Notes under the pieces: model-generated
The model's database searches: none
What the model saw: the letters and a program-made list of their open reading frames with translations, nothing else
What the model was told of the DNA's origin: nothing
Made by a program: the position numbers and the translations under genes
In this document: one piece after another, positions 51,935 through 60,147 of the stretch
Position numbering within the stretch: the stretch's first letter is position 1
Layout: every line of letters begins with the position of its first letter
Assembly (NCBI GenBank): GCA_049966155.1
Contig: JBMFVE010000001.1
Location: forward strand, 722,169-786,168
Direction of reading: 5' to 3'
DNA length: 64,000 nt
From: Candidatus Kryptoniota bacterium
Lineage (GTDB): Bacteria; Bacteroidota; Ignavibacteria; Kryptoniales; JAKASW01

Positions 51935-52678
51935 TTATTTTGAGATCCTGATAATATAGCGAAAGCCCAAATTAGGCTCACAATAATCTGGCTTTACCGA
52001 ACTTAAGTAACTGAAGCGTCTGAACTGATCATAATCCAGGATATTGTTAAATCCAGCGGCTGCACCTGCGCACAGTGGAACCGGGGCTTCCCCCTGAACA
52101 TCAGATGTTTGCTGCACGATGCTAAAGCTGTTAATGTCCTCAACCCATTCCCAAGGATTACTATCACTATTTATAAACAATACTGCACCCCTGTGCCGAT
52201 CAGAAGCTCTCTGATTAAGTATTTTAATTGCGTACTGTAACTCATCGAAGGTAGGAAGTTCTGTTCCCTTCCAACGGCAAAAAGCTCTTGCAGCAAACCA
52301 CGAAACAAAAGTCACAGGGGCAGAAGGATCAACCAACCTCCCGGTACCTTTGCTTATGGTCGTGTCGTTTTCCCAGTTCATGAGATAAAACCTGTCCGCA
52401 AAGATCCGCTTAACTTTTGACCTTCGCCATTCCGGATTTGCTTTAACAAATTCAAGAAACTCCCGATTGGTCACAAGCATTTCCCTGATGTAGAATGGCC
52501 GCATCCTGATAAACGTTCCCTCAACTTTTCGAAAGGGCTTGTATAAGCCTGAAGGAATATAAACAAGTCCTTTGGTTTGATGAGACCGCAGTTTGGCGCT
52601 AAAGGCCTCACCTGACAGTATAAGGAATGCTAAAACGATGAGACCCAAATTTACGGAATTTTTAATTTGAACCTGCAA
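51935..52678 (-). CDS. Formylglycine-generating-enzyme-like (NirV-type) protein
   Basis: VTNREFLEFV, PVTFVSWFAARAFC, WEWV, NLGFR; downstream of nirK. Confidence 0.8.
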   Translation of the reverse strand: MQVQIKNSVNLGLIVLAFLILSGEAFSAKLRSHQTKGLVYIPSGLYKPFRKVEGTFIRMRPFYIREMLVTNREFLEFVKANPEWRRSKVKRIFADRFYLMNWENDTTISKGTGRLVDPSAPVTFVSWFAARAFCRWKGTELPTFDELQYAIKILNQRASDRHRGAVLFINSDSNPWEWVEDINSFSIVQQTSDVQGEAPVPLCAGAAAGFNNILDYDQFRRFSYLSSVKPDYCEPNLGFRYIIRISK

Positions 52679-54143
52679 TGCTTGGCGTCCCTCCCTGTCG
52701 AACCTTCAATACCTCCTGAGGTGTAACTGGACTGAGGTGATTTCCAAAATGCGTACGAACATACGTAAGAACCTTTGCTATTTGTTCATCATTCAACGGT
52801 TGAGGAGTCATAACGTTATTGTATGTCTTACCATTTACCACTATGGGCCCAGAGTGCCCATGCAAAACAAAATTGATCGCTTCTAATTTATTTCTTGCCA
52901 GAAAGTCTGACCCCGACAGAGGTGGAAACACATTTGGTACTCCCATTGCATTAGCCTGATGACAGGCGACACATGTACGATTATAGATTGATGCGCCATC
53001 TTCATTTGAAATGTTCTCGCTCAATCCGACAGCGGAACCTGATTCGGGAACCCGGTCAGAAGCAGTCAGTGAATTGACGCTTTGATCACCAAGATAAATC
53101 TCATCTCGCTGTTTGCCGGAAAAGATGTCAGGATGCTGCTGACCTGAGACGACGAGCTGCCCAATGCATCCTTTGTTGAACGCTCTAAATATTGAATGAT
53201 CTACAAGCGTGTATGTTCCCGGAACAGATGTTGTAAAATCAACAATAACTGCACCTCCAGCCGGGATGAGCGTTGTCTGAACGTCAGATTGAGTAACCTG
53301 TGAGCCAGCTTCACCATAAACTTTATCAAACACTTCGCCAATTACATGAAATGAGGAAACAAGGTTCGGCCCAATGTTACCGACGTATAACCTGACCGTT
53401 TGACCGACATCCGCGTGTAATGCTGACTGACCTAGAAGGGACCCGACTGATCCATTAAACACAACGTACGATGGATCCTCTGCAAGGGCTTTCGACAGGT
53501 CGAACTGCTGAAGCCCTGGATCGCCATAGTTACCTGTTGTGTAAAATTCACTCTGCATAATATAATATTCTTTGTCAACAGAAGGCATTCCCTCCTTTGG
53601 CTGAACAAGAATCAATCCGTACATGCCGTTTGCTATGTGCATTGGAACAGGCGGGGTTGCACAGTGATAAATGAATAACCCGGGATGCAGTGCTTTAAAT
53701 GAGAAAATTGAAGTGTGACCAGGGGGTGTGGAGGAGACCGCTGCACCTCCACCTGGTCCAATTACCGCATGAAGGTCTATGTTGTGCGGCATTGAGCTGG
53801 AGGGATCGTTACTCAAATGCACTTCTACAAGGTCTCCCTCCCTCACACGAATGAATGGACCAGGAACTGTACCGTTGTATGTCCAGAACCTGTAGGTTAC
53901 ACCATCAGCCAGCTTCCCAACGACTTCTTTTGTGACAGGATGCACAACAACTCTCATGGGGTATTTCCTTGATATCGGAGGCGGGACAAACGGGGCTCAT
54001 GTTAGGATCGCCTCTTCGGTTCCCTTAATCTCGGTGGTGTAACCTCTCTCACAGCCGTTGAAGTTCGCTAACTGAAACAAGGCGGCCGGCAAGAGGAATG
54101 CAATGAGCAGGATTACCAGAAGGTTTTTTCTTATTATCCTCAT
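52662..54143 (-). pseudogene. nirK: Copper-containing nitrite reductase fused to C-terminal cytochrome c; in-frame TGA at codon 49
   Basis: Cu ligands HNIDLH, YHCATPPVPMHIANGM, SSFHVIG, LVDH; heme CVACH. ATG 54143 (AAGGAG SD) is in frame with the track ORF but interrupted by TGA at 53999-53997. Confidence 0.9.
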
Positions 54144-54168
54144 AACGAAATCTCCTTAATATAAAAGT

Positions 54169-54190
54169 ATTCGGACTTATTAATCCGATT
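54169..54190. promoter_or_regulatory. Palindromic operator over the nirK transcription start
   Basis: ATTCGGACTTATTAATCCGATT (TCGGA-N8-TCCGA core) immediately downstream of the -10 box. Confidence 0.6.
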
Positions 54191-54191
54191 T

Positions 54192-54220
54192 AAATTAACA
54201 GACAAAATTTAAGATGTCAA
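54192..54220 (-). promoter_or_regulatory. Sigma70 promoter of the nirK operon
   Basis: Minus strand TTGACA-17 nt-TAATTT with extended TGn before the -10. Confidence 0.6.
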
Positions 54221-54369
54221 GGTCTGAAATATTATGTCAGCACATTTTTTTAACCAATAAATAAGCTGAAACGGCGAATAATATCTCCTTATCTAAAACC
54301 GTATTTTTGTTGCCAATTGCATTTGAAATTGTTTTGTGTTAAGCTTTTTTGTAATGTTGGAGGTGTAAA

Positions 54370-54927
54370 ATTAAAAGAAGACTCTCAAAAGGATATCTCC
54401 ATGTATACACAGGCAATTCCAAAGGCAAAACTACTGCGGCATTAGGATTAGCGTTCCGCGCTCTGGGATACGGTTACAGCGTAAGAATGCTTCAGTTTCT
54501 TAAGGGGCCTGGGAAAGGCGAGCTGGGAACCGTTGAATACGGAGAATGGTTAGCGTCCGAAAAATTCGGAGACCGATTCATTATCGAAGCTCTCGGAAGG
54601 CCCAATTTTGTTAATCCCAAAAATCCTGATCAGCTCGATGTTGAACTGGCAAAAAAGGGGGTTAGCAGGGCATTGGAAGTAATGGGAGGAAATTACCCCG
54701 ACATTCTCATCCTTGATGAGCTTACAGTTGCATTTAGTTTTAAACTTATAGATTGGGATGACATTGAAAAGATTCTATACGCGAAACCAGGTGATATGGA
54801 GTTAATCATAACTGGTAGGGATGCTCCACAGGCACTCATTCAAAGAGCCGATCTTGTCACGGAGATGAAGCAAATCAAGCATTACTATGAACGGGGCATT
54901 AAAGCAAGACAGGGAATAGAGTTTTAA
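54370..54927 (+). CDS. cobO: Cob(I)yrinic acid a,c-diamide adenosyltransferase (CobO/BtuR)
   Basis: In-frame upstream extension KGYLHVYTGNSKGKTTAALGLAFRALG, then QFLKG, ILDE, ITGR.AP, ADLVTEM..IKH, GIEF. The only plausible start is ATT 54370 after GGAGGT. Confidence 0.85.
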   Translation: MKRRLSKGYLHVYTGNSKGKTTAALGLAFRALGYGYSVRMLQFLKGPGKGELGTVEYGEWLASEKFGDRFIIEALGRPNFVNPKNPDQLDVELAKKGVSRALEVMGGNYPDILILDELTVAFSFKLIDWDDIEKILYAKPGDMELIITGRDAPQALIQRADLVTEMKQIKHYYERGIKARQGIEF

Positions 54928-55016
54928 GACACCACAAATTATCTCAAGACCTGAGGAACTTTGTTTGTTTCTCTTTCTCCACGAACGGAGGGGCAGTATT
55001 ATTACAAATCAGACAG

Positions 55017-55571
55017 CTATCTCGAATAACGACCAATTATCCTTGTCTCACCTAAAATATGACCTTTCATAGCTGAGAGTAATCCATCCTTCGTGACGGC
55101 CCCTGAAATTGACAAAACTTTGTCAACAGCGTAAAGTTTAAAAAAGTAGCGGTGTGTTCCACCCGGAGGGCAGGGCCCACCATAACCGATTTTCCTGAAG
55201 TCGTTTCTTCCCTGAGACGTTCCATCCGGAAGTCTTTCATCATGAGGGATCCCTTCCTTCAGGCTATTCACTGTTGAAGGTATGTTAAACACGACCCAGT
55301 GCACCCACGTTCCCATTGGCGCATCTGGATCATCAACAATTAATGCAAACGATTTTACGCCCTCCGGCGCCCCTTCCCATCTTAACGGCGGGGAAACATC
55401 AGGCCCATCACAGGTATACTTTTTCGGAATCATTCCACCATCCTTAAATGCTTCACTTGATATTGTGAATTCCATAACATTGTCCCCCTTTTTCTGGTGA
55501 GGTTTGTCCTGCGCATTCGAACAGCTAACTATTGCGATTGCTAACAGGATTAAATGATACTTTCTGACCAC
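55017..55571 (-). CDS. YbhB/YbcL (PEBP/Raf-kinase-inhibitor-like) protein
   Basis: YTCDG.DVSPPL, DDPDAP.GTWVHWV, YGGPCPP, HRYFFKLYA. GTG 55571 with AAGGAG SD, or ATG 55475. Confidence 0.9.
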   Translation of the reverse strand: MVRKYHLILLAIAIVSCSNAQDKPHQKKGDNVMEFTISSEAFKDGGMIPKKYTCDGPDVSPPLRWEGAPEGVKSFALIVDDPDAPMGTWVHWVVFNIPSTVNSLKEGIPHDERLPDGTSQGRNDFRKIGYGGPCPPGGTHRYFFKLYAVDKVLSISGAVTKDGLLSAMKGHILGETRIIGRYSR

Positions 55572-55811
55572 ACTTTTCTCCTTCCAGGCAATTTTTAACA
55601 CCGCACATAATAATATATTTAATTACTATTGTTCATAACAACCCCCTCAACCTGACTAAAGTCAGGATCTAAGATATAGTAGGCAGACGCCTACCAGATT
55701 TTACCGGAGCAAGATATAGATTAAAATCGTCTTTTGACGTTCTAATTTCACAACAGAGGTACACGTATACTGTCCCTTTATCAAACAGAATCTCTTTGCT
55801 AAATTTAATAA

Positions 55812-57212
55812 ATGCACGCTAAAGCCAACCTAAAAAAGAATTTCGACACAATTGCAGCGATCGCCACTCCAATTGGCGAGGGTGGAATTAGTGTAATACG
55901 CATTTCCGGGGAAAGCGCTATCCCTGTTGCAGATTTACTTTTCAAAGGAAGAGTAAAGCTATCTGAAGTTCAAAGCCACACCGCTCATTTCGGCAGACTC
56001 GTAACACAAGATGGCACAATATTAGACGAGGTTGTGGCAACCTGTTTTAGAAAACCAAGCAGCTACACCTGCGAGGACGTTGTTGAGATTAGCTGCCACG
56101 GCGGTTATCTTGTGAGTCAGAAGGTGCTGAATGAAATCTTAAATTGTGGTGTCCGACTGGCAGAGCCTGGTGAGTTCACCAAACGCGCCTTTTTAAATGG
56201 AAGACTTGATCTTACTCAAGCGGAAGCAGTAGCAGATTTGATCCATGCAAAAAGCGAAACTGCTTACAAGAGCTCTTTAAAACAGCTAAGCGGTGAACTT
56301 TCTTCTGAAATTAATTCAATCAGGTCAGAGCTCCTGGATTTAGCATCACTTCTTGAACTGGAACTCGATTTTTCCGAGGAAGACGTTGAGTTTGCAGATC
56401 GACATAAACTTCAATCAGGCATTGAAACTGCTATTGCAAAGATTGGAAGACTTGCTTCAACTTATAGTATCGGGCGGATTTACAGAGAGGGTGTGCGCGT
56501 CGTAATTGTAGGAAAGCCAAATGTCGGGAAGTCGAGCCTGATGAACAGGCTGCTTGGTGAAAAACGGGCGATAGTCAGCGAAGTACCAGGGACCACTCGT
56601 GATACTATTACAGAGGAAATCATCCTCCATGGAATCCGATTTAGGCTGACAGATACAGCAGGCCTCAGGGATACATCTGATACGATTGAAAACGAGGGTG
56701 TTCTGAGGACTCGCCAGGAAGCAAGTAAAGCCGATATATTGCTTCTCATACGCGACATCACTGAAATCAGAAATGGAAATAAATCCGCTGATGACATTTA
56801 CGCAAACATTGAAAATCTATGCCAGCTGAACAATATTCCCATATTAGCAGTCTGGAATAAAGTAGATCTCATTCCTGAGATTGAAAACCGAAAAACCTCA
56901 GAAGGAATTTTTATTTCAGCTCTGAAAGGGACGGGAATCAATGTCCTGAAAAAGAAGTTGTATGATATGGTGGTTAACATAGATTTGTCTGAGAATTCAA
57001 TCATAGTAACCAGTGCACGACATAATGATGCACTGAGAAGAGCTGGAAGAAGTCTTTCACTAGCACTTGAAAGTCTTAGGGAAGGACAGCCAGGCGAGTT
57101 TATAGCGCTTGACCTCAGAGCAGGGCTAGATGCGCTGGGTGAAATAACGGGGGAGGTCACCACGGATGATATATTGAACAACATTTTTTCGCGGTTTTGC
57201 ATCGGCAAGTGA
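55812..57212 (+). CDS. mnmE: tRNA modification GTPase
   Basis: DTIAAIATP, GKPNVGKSS, PGTTRD, DTAG, NKVD, FCIGK. Confidence 0.98.
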   Translation: MHAKANLKKNFDTIAAIATPIGEGGISVIRISGESAIPVADLLFKGRVKLSEVQSHTAHFGRLVTQDGTILDEVVATCFRKPSSYTCEDVVEISCHGGYLVSQKVLNEILNCGVRLAEPGEFTKRAFLNGRLDLTQAEAVADLIHAKSETAYKSSLKQLSGELSSEINSIRSELLDLASLLELELDFSEEDVEFADRHKLQSGIETAIAKIGRLASTYSIGRIYREGVRVVIVGKPNVGKSSLMNRLLGEKRAIVSEVPGTTRDTITEEIILHGIRFRLTDTAGLRDTSDTIENEGVLRTRQEASKADILLLIRDITEIRNGNKSADDIYANIENLCQLNNIPILAVWNKVDLIPEIENRKTSEGIFISALKGTGINVLKKKLYDMVVNIDLSENSIIVTSARHNDALRRAGRSLSLALESLREGQPGEFIALDLRAGLDALGEITGEVTTDDILNNIFSRFCIGK

Positions 57213-57225
57213 AAAACAGTAAGAA

Positions 57226-57241
57226 TGTTTCACGTGAAACA
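57226..57241. promoter_or_regulatory. parS: parS centromere-like site
   Basis: Perfect palindrome TGTTTCACGTGAAACA. Confidence 0.92.
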
Positions 57242-57266
57242 AAGTGGTAAAGAAAAAGCATAGAAA

Positions 57267-59141
57267 ATGAGATACAGGAATTACGATATAATTGTAGTTG
57301 GGGCTGGCCATGCTGGAATAGAGGCATCGCTGGCTGCCGCAAGAATGGGTTGCTCTGTCCTACTCATAACAATGGACATATCATCGATTGGGAGGATGTC
57401 GTGCAATCCAGCAATTGGCGGGACAGCGAAGGGGAACCTTGTTCGCGAAGTTGATGCACTCGGAGGAGAAATGGGGAAGATCGCAGATGCTACAGGAATT
57501 CAATTCCGAATGTTAAATAAGTCAAAAGGCCCTGCAGTTTGGTCTCCCCGTGCACAAAATGATCGAGAGGGATATTCTCTTGAGGCCCGACGACGTGTGG
57601 AGGCGCAGGAGGGGCTCCACATAATGCAGGACATGGTCACAGACGTGATCGCTGAAGCTGGTGTAATCAAAGGAATCGAGACATCGACAGGTGTTAGAAT
57701 TGCATGCAAGGCCTTGATCGTTTCTACTGGAACATTTTTGAATGGGGTAATGCATACAGGCCTCAAGAGACGGGTTGGTGGGAGGTTTAACGAACCGCCT
57801 GCACTTGGACTTACTGCATCTCTAGAAAAACTTGGATTTGTCAGTGGAAGATTGAAGACCGGGACACCACCAAGAATTGACCGCAGAAGTATAGATTTCT
57901 CAGTTATTGAGGAGCAACCAGGGGACCCAGACCCCGAACCATTCTCTTTTCAAACCAAAGAAGTTACGAGAGACCAGATCAGCTGTTACCTCACCTACAC
58001 TAACGAAGCCACCCATGAAATCTTGAGAAAGGGTTTCGACAAATCGCCAATGTTCACAGGGCTGATAAAAGGGATAGGTCCGAGGTACTGCCCATCTATA
58101 GAGGATAAGATCGTCCGCTTTGCCGACAAGCCAAGGCACCAGATATTCCTCGAACCTGAAGGGAGAGAGACCAATGTTGTGTACGTCAACGGATTTTCAA
58201 CCAGTCTCCCTGCGGAAATTCAGTACGAAGCTATGAAAACACTACCAGGTTTGGAAAATGTCGAAATGCTCAGGCCCGGTTACGCTGTCGAATACGACTT
58301 TTTCCCCCCACAGCAGGTTAGCTTGACACTCGAAACACATTTGATCAAAGGTCTCTTCTTTGCAGGACAGATAAATGGGACCTCAGGCTATGAAGAAGCA
58401 GCAGGACAGGGAATAGTGGCGGGTATAAATGCAGCATTGAAAATTAGGGGACAGGATCCCTTTATTCTAAAGCGTTCCGATGCCTACATTGGCGTTCTCA
58501 TTGACGACCTTGTAAATAAGGGAACGGACGAACCCTATCGAATGTTCACATCCCGTGCCGAGTACAGACTCATGCTGAGGCAGGATAATGCTGACAGGCG
58601 TCTGATGAGATATGGGCATCAATTTGGGCTTATTCCCGACGATATTTATTTTTCATTGCTTCAAAAGGAAAGATTTATCGAGATTCTCAAGCGGTACGCT
58701 TACGAAAAGACAGTCCCTCCACAAGCAGTTAACCCATATCTGGAAAAGATTAGATCGTCTCCATTGACAGAAAATGAAAAGCTGTCACAGCTGGTCAAAC
58801 GTCAGGGCGTCTCTCTGTCAGATCTTCTTGAGCTGGAATTCTTTAAGAATGATTCGCTCCCTCTTGAAGCAGTGAAAAGAAAAGATGTTGTTCAACAGGT
58901 CGAAATTGAAACAAAATATGAGGGCTATATCACCAGACAAATTGAAGAAATCGACCGATTCGAGCACTTTGAATCAATGGAAATCCCTGAAGACTTTGAC
59001 TTCAAAAGGGTCAAGTCTCTCTCGACTGAAGCAACAGAAAAACTTTCAAGGGTTAAACCAAGGTCAATTGGTCAGGCAAGTCGCATTTCGGGGGTTTCTC
59101 CCGCTGATATTTCTGTCCTCATGGTATATCTTCATGGATAG
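57267..59141 (+). CDS. mnmG: tRNA uridine 5-carboxymethylaminomethyl modification enzyme
   Basis: GAGHAG, SCNPAIGG, KTGTPPR, GPRYCPSIEDK, GQINGTSGYEEA, YRMFTSRAEYR. Confidence 0.98.
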   Translation: MRYRNYDIIVVGAGHAGIEASLAAARMGCSVLLITMDISSIGRMSCNPAIGGTAKGNLVREVDALGGEMGKIADATGIQFRMLNKSKGPAVWSPRAQNDREGYSLEARRRVEAQEGLHIMQDMVTDVIAEAGVIKGIETSTGVRIACKALIVSTGTFLNGVMHTGLKRRVGGRFNEPPALGLTASLEKLGFVSGRLKTGTPPRIDRRSIDFSVIEEQPGDPDPEPFSFQTKEVTRDQISCYLTYTNEATHEILRKGFDKSPMFTGLIKGIGPRYCPSIEDKIVRFADKPRHQIFLEPEGRETNVVYVNGFSTSLPAEIQYEAMKTLPGLENVEMLRPGYAVEYDFFPPQQVSLTLETHLIKGLFFAGQINGTSGYEEAAGQGIVAGINAALKIRGQDPFILKRSDAYIGVLIDDLVNKGTDEPYRMFTSRAEYRLMLRQDNADRRLMRYGHQFGLIPDDIYFSLLQKERFIEILKRYAYEKTVPPQAVNPYLEKIRSSPLTENEKLSQLVKRQGVSLSDLLELEFFKNDSLPLEAVKRKDVVQQVEIETKYEGYITRQIEEIDRFEHFESMEIPEDFDFKRVKSLSTEATEKLSRVKPRSIGQASRISGVSPADISVLMVYLHG

Positions 59142-59155
59142 TTTCACGTGGAACA
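59140..59155. promoter_or_regulatory. parS: parS centromere-like site
   Basis: AGTTTCACGTGGAACA (reverse TGTTCCACGTGAAACT), overlapping the mnmG stop. Confidence 0.85.
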
Positions 59156-59214
59156 TTAGTGATCACGTTGGTTACTGACATAAGTTAACGTCCGAAACAA
59201 ACTGAGGTAATTAA

Positions 59215-60147
59215 ATGAAACAAAAAAAACAGCTTTTTCATGAATTAACAACACTTGTCACTGAACAGCGAAATCCGGCATCTATGGACATTGACAGTAA
59301 GAACGTAATAGATATTCTCAGAATCATAAACAATGAGGATAAAAAAGTCGCTTTTGCTGTAGAAAAGGAGCTGCCGTACATTGCAGAGGCTGTGGAAATT
59401 GTGGTCAACGCGTTCCGTTCAGGTGGCCGCCTGTTTTATACAGGCGCTGGAACGAGCGGTCGTATTGGCGTCCAGGATGCAGCTGAATGTCCACCAACCT
59501 ACGGGACCGATCCAGAAATGATTCAGGCTATGATAGCAGGGGGGCGACCTGCTCTGTTTAAGGCTCAGGAGGGAGCTGAAGATTACGAGGAAAATGGAGC
59601 GAACGATGTTCTTGCCCACGGAATCACCTCCAGAGACGTCGTCTGTGGCATTGCAGCAAGTCGGCGGACTCCATATGTCGTTGGTGCGATAAAGAAATCC
59701 CGCGAAATAGGTGCTAAAACAATATTCGTCACCACCAATCCCAGGTCACAGTTTGACCTCGAGGTTGATGTAGCCATCTGCCCGGAAGTTGGGCCGGAAG
59801 TCATCATGGGATCAACACGAATGAAATCCGGAACTGCCCAAAAGATGATACTTAACATGATTACAACCGCATCAATGATTAGACTCGGCAAGGTTTATGA
59901 AAATATGATGGTCGATCTTCAAATGACAAACAAGAAGCTCGAAGAAAGATCCAAACTTATAATCATGACCATCACCGGTGTTGACTATGAGACTGCTGAA
60001 CGAGTACTCTATGAAGCAGGTGGTCATGTTAAAACAGCCGTTGTTATGATAAAGGCAAACGTAACAGCTGATGAGGCTAAACGCCGCCTTAATTTGTCAA
60101 ATGGTTTTGTGAGAACGGCAATTGAAGGGCAGCTCAATAGAAATTGA
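59215..60147 (+). CDS. murQ: N-acetylmuramic acid 6-phosphate etherase
   Basis: TEQRNP, GAGTSGR, DAAECPPT, EGAED, GPEV..GSTRMKSGTAQK. Confidence 0.96.
   Translation: MKQKKQLFHELTTLVTEQRNPASMDIDSKNVIDILRIINNEDKKVAFAVEKELPYIAEAVEIVVNAFRSGGRLFYTGAGTSGRIGVQDAAECPPTYGTDPEMIQAMIAGGRPALFKAQEGAEDYEENGANDVLAHGITSRDVVCGIAASRRTPYVVGAIKKSREIGAKTIFVTTNPRSQFDLEVDVAICPEVGPEVIMGSTRMKSGTAQKMILNMITTASMIRLGKVYENMMVDLQMTNKKLEERSKLIIMTITGVDYETAERVLYEAGGHVKTAVVMIKANVTADEAKRRLNLSNGFVRTAIEGQLNRN

Noticed and set aside
55598-55630. dif-like site (ATATATTATTATGT on the minus strand)
   Set aside because: The XerD arm TTATGTTAAAT is not matched, and adjacency to parS argues against a terminus.
55670-55682. Group I intron S element (AAGATATAGT)
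   Set aside because: No P/Q/R elements, no interrupted host gene, and the region is too short.
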